The notes beneath the pieces were generated by a model that ran no database searches, was not told the origin of the DNA, and saw only the letters and a list, made by a program, of their open reading frames with translations. Source: Octopus vulgaris (lineage: Eukaryota). Taken from it: a DNA stretch of 64,000 nucleotides. Shown here in pieces: positions 54,551 through 64,000 of this stretch. The stretch spans positions 85,064,001-85,128,000 of the forward strand of contig OX597816.1 of assembly GCA_951406725.2 (NCBI GenBank). Reading direction: 5' to 3'. The position numbers and the translations under genes were made by a program. How positions within the stretch are numbered: position 1 is the first letter of the stretch; each line of letters begins with the position of its first letter.

Positions 54551-57500
54551 ACCTCCCCTCTCAAATACTTATCGGACACAGAATCTGTGTAGTTAACCAG
54601 CTGGAAGAGAGGTATTCCTGGGGTTATTAACGTCAGGAGCTCTGTCCTTTGTGGGACGCAACGCTATATGTATGTATAAATGTATGTATGTATATATAAG
54701 TGTGTGTATTTACATGTATGTATATATGAGTGTATATGTATGTATACATGTATCTATGTATGTAAGTATGTACGTTTATATATATATATATACATACACA
54801 CACCCACACACACCCAAACACACACACGTACACATAATTTTATGAAGGTAGAGTTCACATAAACAGTTATTAGACGAAACGCATATATATCGGTGTGATA
54901 GATAGATAGATAGATAGATAGATAGTGAAAGAAATAATGAAAAGAAGAGGTGAATGACGAATGGGTGCTAAAGGAGGTATGATCATGAATATCTGAATAA
55001 CGGAATATTTCTACAAGAGAAGTGAATACAAACTTACAACAATGATATTTATTATATACTATTAATTTGGAATCCTTTTACCTTTCCCGTTTTGCAAATA
55101 ATTACTCTTAATAGAGTGACGCGTTTCTAGATTTTGCCAACGTTTATAGATTTATTCAATAAAAGCCACGGCTTTCATGTCAGAAAAACCTAACATAAAT
55201 ACATGTTTATATTATATGCACTTTCATTTAGGAATATGTAACATGTGAAGAAGGAAAATAATAAAAACAAAGAACATGTTTTAAGTTTATCTTTGTTACA
55301 CATCTTTTTTTATTTAATTATATTTGGTTGAAATAAATATTATGCAATTCATAACTTGGATTTTGGCCAAATGCGTCAATGTTAATATCATTTCGATGTT
55401 TGAAAAATGAAACTGCAGAGTCTCATAAATGATATTGCCGGCCACTTGTGGTTACTGAGTTGTATACATTTATGTTTTGAGTTCAAAATGTTACTGAGAT
55501 CGACTTGATTCTTTCATTGATTTCTTGTCAATGGAATAACTATCAATTCAGTAATGGTACCAAGCTAATTTAATTTACGTCTCTTAAAATGCGTTTAGAT
55601 TTCTGCTTATGTTAGAAATCGATTGTTTACAATTAGGTGTTACGTGCTAGCAATGGAACATCTTTGTGTTTTTCTCGACTAGTTAGAATAACGTTTTGAG
55701 CTTCCCCTACAAATAACACCTTACCTTCCTGAAAGAAAGAAAAAAAGATGCATCATTTAATGTAAAACTAGATATGCAATGTCTGACAGGAGAAATGTGT
55801 GTCTATGTATACTTGTCTATCATAAGATTGTTCAGTAAAACCTAATCTGGTGCTAAGGAACACCAATATGAAATTTGCACTTCTTAATGACAATGGAATA
55901 TCAGAAATGAAAATTTCATTGTGGCAATTTGTTGTGTCGATTTTGGGTTCTGAACCTCATTCCTGAGGGTCGAAAGCACTTCAAACTATTCGAGTGTTCC
56001 GTACGTCAAATGTAGTTCAATTTTCATGAATTACACAAAGAATCTGCCAAATTATGAAATAGATGGAAATAGAGCGGCCGTGCGTTACTCTGACACAACA
56101 GGTCACTCCATTTGAAATCAGATTGATGTATGTCTCATTTCTTAAATCTATACATAGGCATGATTTGATCCGCTTATTTTATTGTAATAAAGCGCGTACA
56201 CGTACTTACTGCAATATTATCAAACTTTCAGAAACGTATCTATAAAGGTATCCATTAATATGCAAATTAGTATTACCCAAGATTACTAATTTATTTTTAA
56301 GCAAAATGAAAGCTTATACGCTACACCGAAGATAGAAGGGAAAGTTTTATATGTTGAATTTCATTACACTCTCGGTGTACTAAACCTCGAAATATAGATA
56401 TATGAATGTGAAAGAAAAGTACTCAAAAGTACAGGTATTTAGTTTATAACATCACTGGCATGACTATACTGAATATTTAATTGGGGCAATAGAAACGATT
56501 CTCAAAAGAGTCAAATGGCACGTTGTGATAGCTGGGAAATTATTCAAACGTAGATCATGAACATGCCTATTCTGGAGCTTTCAATGATAATAAAGTTCAA
56601 CTTCTGAAACGAGCACAGGAATAGACAGCCTTTTCATATACAACTTTTACAACTATCACAAGTTATGGTAACATCTAGATGTTTTGTATGCAATCAATGC
56701 TTTGCACGTTGAAAATTTCTGATCTTCTAAGAAATAGCATTGTTTTCCCAATACACTTTGCTCAGTTATCGTTATTTTTCGTTATTTTTTTCTGAATGTT
56801 TCAAATTCAAAAAGGAATTTATGGACACACTATTAGCCTAACATTAATTTCATTCTCTTCGCGTATTATATTCAATATATTAGGAGACTGATAAAAATAG
56901 TGCTATAAATATCATGACTGTTGGAAACCATTAAGACCATACAAGATATTTATATCGACAGAGAATCGAAAGCGAATCACGAAGTCGATCCGCTAGGTAG
57001 TTCGTGCGTAATATGATTCTGAGCCCGTTTCTGCTTGTATAAGAAAGCAATAACACTGTACTTATATAATGAAGACACTGTATGCATGGAATAACATAAT
57101 CCTGTGTTTGGCGATGTATTAAACAAAGTATTGATTAAACGTACTGTGGAATTATGTAATAATAGCAAATTCTATTGATCCTGGGTACCGTCCATCTTTT
57201 ATTGTTCTAAATTGCACAAACCATAATGTTGACACAACAATAATCAACTTCTGATGTTTTCACACGAGATTTTGCGGTGGCAATATATCAATATTATGTG
57301 CAGTGGGATATCAAACAAATTTAACGTATTAAAATTCAGCGTCAGTAGAATTGATTTAATCTTCACGACTGTATGGTGTGTTGTGTTGCTCTAGTATTGC
57401 ACACGGGTAACAATCGAGTGTTGAATAATCTATTGTGAAAATAGATTCGTTCTATGGGAACAGAAAAATATTTCGAACATATGTTCATTTGGATATAAGA

Positions 57501-57673
57501 ATAAATATTTTTGAAGAATTTATAGTCGGAGCTGTAGAATGTTAATGACAAAATATTTACAATTAAAGAAATGATGACGAGATTGATAACTTTATCACAT
57601 ATTATGGAGGCTTGATAGATGTATTTAAAGCAGAAATAGATATTCGAATTCAATAAGATATACCATTGAATGC

Positions 57674-57724
<51 letters not shown>

Positions 57725-58213
57725 CAAAGAATGAAAGCGTTACTTTCTTAAAATTGGGTATATTTTAATTTTCCTTTATATAGATACATTGAAACAAGAA
57801 TGTTTTGGTCTTGTTTTACATATTTCGGATTTTGAAAAACATTATCAAAAATATGTACTAAAAGGAATATGTAGAGAGAAAGATATTAATAAAATTAAAT
57901 TAAAATTGAGACTAACATTCATACTTTACTTACCGTTTTTCTGCAAGAGCACGTGGTAATTTCTGTTAATTTTCGTGGCATGTCAAGTTGAACAAAGTAG
58001 CATTTTCGCTCCTTTTTTTCATACATATCTACTTACTCGTGTGTTAGCTCTACACATTTTTTAATATATATATATATATTTATATATAAATTCATCTGTG
58101 TGTGTGTCTGGATATGATTGTAAAGGAAGTCAGTAATAGAGTAAAATAGTTTTAGCCGCACCATAGTAAACAATCTATTACACACACACACACGCACTCA
58201 CACACACACACAC

Positions 58214-58306
<93 letters not shown>

Positions 58307-58339
58307 GAATTGTGTGTGTGTGTCTAAACCTCACTTCCA

Positions 58340-58760
58340 GTATAGGCACAAGTGCCTGTAATCTTTAGTCTAGTCGATTACAGTGACTGGATTACAGTGC
58401 TATTTATTTTATCAACCCTGAAAGCGAGAAATGTAATTTCAACCTCAGCAGAGTTTGAATTCAGAAAGTAAAGATGGACAACATGCTACTAGGACTCTGT
58501 CTGGCGCACCAAGGATTCTGCTAGCTCACTGCCTTCGATGCCTTTTTATAATCCTTTCTACTAAAGGTAAAACGCTTAGGTGTTAGTGGAAGAGGGCTAG
58601 TTGAATACATCGACCCCGGTGTTTGAATGGTACTTAATCTATCGATCCTGAAAAGGTAAAAGGCAAAGTCGACCTCAGCGGAATTTGAACACAGAACGTA
58701 AAGGACAGAAATACCGCTAAGCATTCCGTCCAGCGTCCTAAAAATTCTGCCACATCACCG
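58340..58760 (-). mobile_element. Two tandem SINE family C copies
   Basis: AAGGCAAAGTCGACCTCAGCGGAATTTGAAC (~58660) and the diverged AACCTCAGCAGAGTTTGAATTCAGAA (~58441) are reverse complements of sequence in 46425-46455. Confidence 0.7.
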
Positions 58761-59218
58761 CTTTACTTCTGTTTAAAAATGAGCCATGAAATGTTGATTT
58801 TTCAATTCTGCAGACTTTCGATTTGGGTATTGGCGAAAATTAATAAAAGAGAGTTCCAGAGACAGTTAACGTTAAAGTTTGATGAATGAATGTACATACG
58901 AGGCTGGTTGGCAGGCAATGTGTAAAAGAACGTAACACACGCGCTGCAAAATAGAAAAAACCATAGTGGTAGACGAGCGGGATTCTCTTGATAAGATTTA
59001 GAAAATAAATAACTTAGTGATTTGTTTGATATGATTATAGTTTAAGATAATGGATTATTTTTCTTTTGAAATTTAACATTAATTTCCTCGTTATTTTGTT
59101 TAAAACACCAAGGATTTTGATAAAATTTACTTTCAAATATACCTGTCAAAAGAGGGTCAACACTCTAGTATTTTTATGTGTCATAGTTTCTATCAATTTC
59201 ACGATATATATTTATGAA

Positions 59219-59297
59219 ATGATAATAATAATAATATTAATAGTAATGAGGATAATTATGATGATGATGATGATAATAATAATAGTAATAGTAATAA

Positions 59298-59359
<62 letters not shown>

Positions 59360-60632
59360 AACACATCCATTTTTCAGATTTTTTGATACATTTCTAAAAG
59401 AAGATATATTATTTATATAAATACGTTCATATACTCATATTGGCACAAAGTGTGCGTACGTGCACACGTGTGTGTATCTGTGTGTATTCGCGCATGCGGA
59501 GGCGTGCGCGCGTGTGTGACTATACAGGCGAGTATTAGTTTCTTCAAAACATGTGATATTATAGAGTTTGGTATGCATTGTGCTGTTGGTGATAAAGTTT
59601 TAGCGAATTGTTTGTGAAAATAATATTCGTTGCCACTCGTAATCTATTGTCCTATACACTCTAGAAATATCAATTTCCATCTCCCTCAAGTCATACGAAA
59701 TTATGAAGTATTGACGGATGTCTCTTATCAAGATGTTTGAAAAAAAAATTCTGTTTCTCTTACTGCTTTATGATTATGACGATGCTTTATGTTGGGGAGA
59801 GCGATGGCGTCGATGTTGGGTATGGTGATGAATATTTTTATGGTGATTAATATGATGATGATGAAGATGATGATGATGATGAAGATGATGATAGTGATGA
59901 AGACGCTTATGGTGAGCATGAATTTAAATATGATGATGATGATGATGATAGTGGTGGTAGTAATGATGATGATGATGATGTTGATGACGATGACAAAAAC
60001 AATGACAATGACGATGACGACGAGGACGATGACAACGAGAATGACGATGACATTGATGGTGTTTGCGAACATAATGGTGATGGTAATGATGATGGAAATC
60101 GTGTTGATGACGATGATGATGATGATGATGATGGCTATGATGATGGCTTTGAAAAGTGTCACCTCTGAAAGATTTGCTTTGATTTTCAGTTTTCAAAGTC
60201 TAACATTTTGTTCGTAACATTTTTTTTGTTAAATCTGTAGAAAATCGACATATGTTTTGTAGTTCCTTGAAATCCTTCCAAACAGATAAAAATAAATAAT
60301 TGACATTAAAAAAATATATAAAGAAAAATTGTCACATCATACTCACTTTTGAAAAGAAAAGAAAAGTGAAAGAAAAATAACACAAACTGAATGGATACAA
60401 GAAATTAAAATAAAGAACGGGAAAACAAGAAAAATTAAATCGAAAATTCAAAAAAATTATGTTTCAAAAATATAATTCTTCAGGAAGAATTAACGTTAGA
60501 ATATGATTTGAGGAGGGTCACTTCAGTGTGAGTTCTTTGACAACATGAAGCTAAAGTAAAACAACAACAAAAACAACAATAATAATAATAATAATGATGA
60601 TGATGATAATGATGATGATGATGATGATGATG

Positions 60633-60716
<84 letters not shown>
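59219..60716. repeat. Cluster of (TAA)n and (GAT)n trinucleotide tracts (about 59219-59357, 59850-60145, 60580-60716)
   Basis: Directly visible; source of the poly-N/M/I/H/Y ORFs. Confidence 0.9.
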
Positions 60717-60718
<2 letters not shown>

Positions 60719-61186
60719 CGATGTTGATTATGGTCATGGTGATAACGACACCAACAACAATAGATTTAAAAATCAAAAACAAATTTAACAACAAAAATGA
60801 TAATAGTAATAATATTTTTTAACTTTTATTGCCACCGGGCCCATCTATACATAGGAAGCATGTTACAAAAAGATGTGGCAAAGCACAAATGCAGTTATAT
60901 AGAAGTGAAGTGCGAGACAAGGATATACACACACAAACACCAACACACATATGTATACACACAGGAGATAAACAATTGATTATAAGAAATAGGATACATA
61001 GCAGCCAAACATAGATGGGTGTTTAATAATGGTGTATGAATCTACGTGGTAACATGCGCGGTGCTACTCTATAACATAGTGAACAAATGTCTTCTGCTCA
61101 GGATGAAAAAAACATTATAAGTATCATATACACGAACACACATAAACACCCACACCCACTCACATATGTATGTACAGATATTATTG

Positions 61187-61494
<308 letters not shown>

Positions 61495-63252
61495 AAAGCA
61501 GATGATAATCGATTAATAACGTTTGTTAATCAATTATTGATCGATTATCGTCTGCTTTGTTTTATTTTTACAGCCGTGTCTGTGCTTGGAGCCAAAGAAA
61601 TGTATGTGCCACGACTGTTTGGGATCTCAATACTACATTGTATATGCACATACATACATAACAAAATTCACACTCACACACAGACACACACGTGTCTTCT
61701 AATATTGCATTTCGCCAGCATCATATTGCTAAACAGTGATCTTTAAGGATCAATGTCGCAACCTTTTTTACGCAACCATGGTCGAAGAAAATGGCATCTG
61801 CAAGCTATTCTTGCATAAGAAAACCCTTTAATTTGTTACAAAACCAGTACAAGGTTTCCCCATTTCTCGTTTCAGTAAGTATTTCTCTTTTCCTTGCGCT
61901 GTCATATCTCTGATGTGTTTGTCCTTTTTCCTTCCCAGCCACGTTAGGTAATTCTGTGTGTTAAAGTGCAAATGTTTCTTTGTGGCTAATGTTTACTTTT
62001 CTCTGTTTCACATTTTCACATTTTCGGATTCACTTCATGTAATGCTTGATTGTTGGAGCCTCTGCATATGTCAACTGAATGGATTCTCTCTTTACAAATA
62101 TAGATTTTTATTGAGCTACCTTACAAAAAACTTATTCCAAAAAGTATATCATGAGTTCATTGTGAGTATGTATTAGATGCAAACATTTAGATTTCACTTC
62201 AATACAAACAAATCATTGCGGAACGCGAAAGCAAATATACACTATATCTAGTTATTATTCCATGCAATATAAAAATTATGTAACACATACGCGCATACAT
62301 ACATGTACACAGACTGAACTCAAAAACGAAACAAAACGAAAGAATCCCTTTAATACAAATACAGCGGGAAACTATTAAAAGTCGGGCTTCGTACTGTGAG
62401 ACTTCTGCCACCGCTACACAAAGAGAGTTGGTAACGCAATTCCCAGACATTGAATATTCTGAAGCGTTAACTCGAAACAGAAATTCCTGTCTTTAAATCT
62501 AAACTTTCAAAGTAAGAGCAGTAATAAAATACAATGCTGGACTAATTTAAAACGCACTGAAGTTATACATGTATGCTGCGGAGCACATCTATACCCGAAA
62601 CTCACAAACACTATAAAGATGCATATGAGCTATTGAGACAATAAAACGCGATATCATTTAATGCTCTCATAAGGTTCATAACAAGAAAGCCAAAATCCAA
62701 TATCAATAAGAAAATATAACATATCACACAGAAAATATATCTCACAATTTATAGAAGAGTTTGATCTACTACATGCCAATAAAATTGCAAGAGAATCTAC
62801 CACATACAACAGGCATATAGCATTTTGTATGAGCTAGGTATAAAATAGACAACAGAAACAGACAAACTTATAATAAATGAGAAGCTTAAAATACAATTGA
62901 ACTGATCATGCAAAGAACAATCAAAGTTAAACCTCAACACACAACATTGCAGATGAAACAGAGGGGATACTGAAAAGGAGACTAACTTAAAGGAAAAAAC
63001 ATCGATAAGTCAATGAAAAAGGATCGGTGTGAATAACAGAGCAAATAACAGGCCACAAAAACAATAGGCAAGTGTAAGGGAGCCTGCATAGAGAGAAAAA
63101 AATAAAACATGCACGACAGATATCGAGAGCTTATTTGATCCGATCTAATCCACAACTGATTTACTAGCGAGGAAAGAACCCAACAGTATGCGAATATAGA
63201 TAGATAACCGAACATTGTTACTTCGCATGCAATGATGAAGGCATTCAGTATC

Positions 63253-63338
<86 letters not shown>

Positions 63339-63445
63339 GTGATGGCAATAAGAACGACAACGACAATCATAAGGAAATGAACGATGAGTTTGATGCCACC
63401 AATCATGAAGTAGATGACGGTGATGACGACGACGACGACGACGAC

Positions 63446-63503
<58 letters not shown>

Positions 63504-63527
63504 GTGATAATGATGGTGATGATGATG
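63253..63527. repeat. (GAT)n/(GAC)n tracts
   Basis: Directly visible. Confidence 0.95.
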
Positions 63528-64000
63528 ATATTTCTAATGGCGCAAATTAATATTGCAAAAAGATATCAGGTAACCGAAATGAACGCTTTAACAATGATAT
63601 GAGAAATAACATTTCTCAAATACAATGGGAATATGTCTTCAAGCAAACCATGTTTGGCAGAGAGCTCAGCAAGCAGGTAGTTTGGTTTATTTGGTCCTTA
63701 TTGAGTTCTCCTATAAAATGTATTGTTCTTATTCTGTGTACCTTGCTTTGTAATGTTTGTCAGATATCATTTGTAATACACACATTCTTGCACATATCAA
63801 TACACAACAAAAGCAATAAGAATAGTACAAGCAATATAAATAATATCGAAAATTAATGTAAAACATCCTGTATCCAAGAGATGATAATGTTCAGCAAGGA
63901 ATCTAATGCAGATCAAATAGATTTTATATAAACTGCGCATCAATGGTTTTTCTCTCTATCTCTTTGAAGCCAGAAAGAAGTAAATATGCTGAACAAATTA

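Overview
AT-rich, microsatellite-dense eukaryotic DNA, intergenic or intronic. The SINE families and repeat texture resemble an octopus or other coleoid cephalopod genome; this is recognition from memory, not a search. No intact protein-coding gene is evident, and most ORF-track entries are translated simple repeats. The window holds many tRNA-derived SINEs and decayed transposons: RTE, CR1/L2-group and RLE-type (R4/NeSL-like) LINEs, two Penelope-like (PLE) fragments, a Ty3/Gypsy pol, Tc1/mariner copies, a hAT transposase and a hAT-type MITE. A possible minus-strand exon chain lies at about 47.8-48.7 kb. The most unusual feature is at 3.9-4.2 kb: two oppositely oriented U6 snRNA retrocopies, each fused at its mature UUUUU end to the same ~55-nt tail. 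That tail also occurs without U6 at 13.2 kb, where it begins right after a degenerate hammerhead-ribozyme-like motif. Several other short inserts in (TA)n tracts carry hammerhead-like motifs too. This suggests U6 was ligated to ribozyme-cleaved retroelement RNA and then retrotransposed into (TA)n, which is an inference that needs testing.
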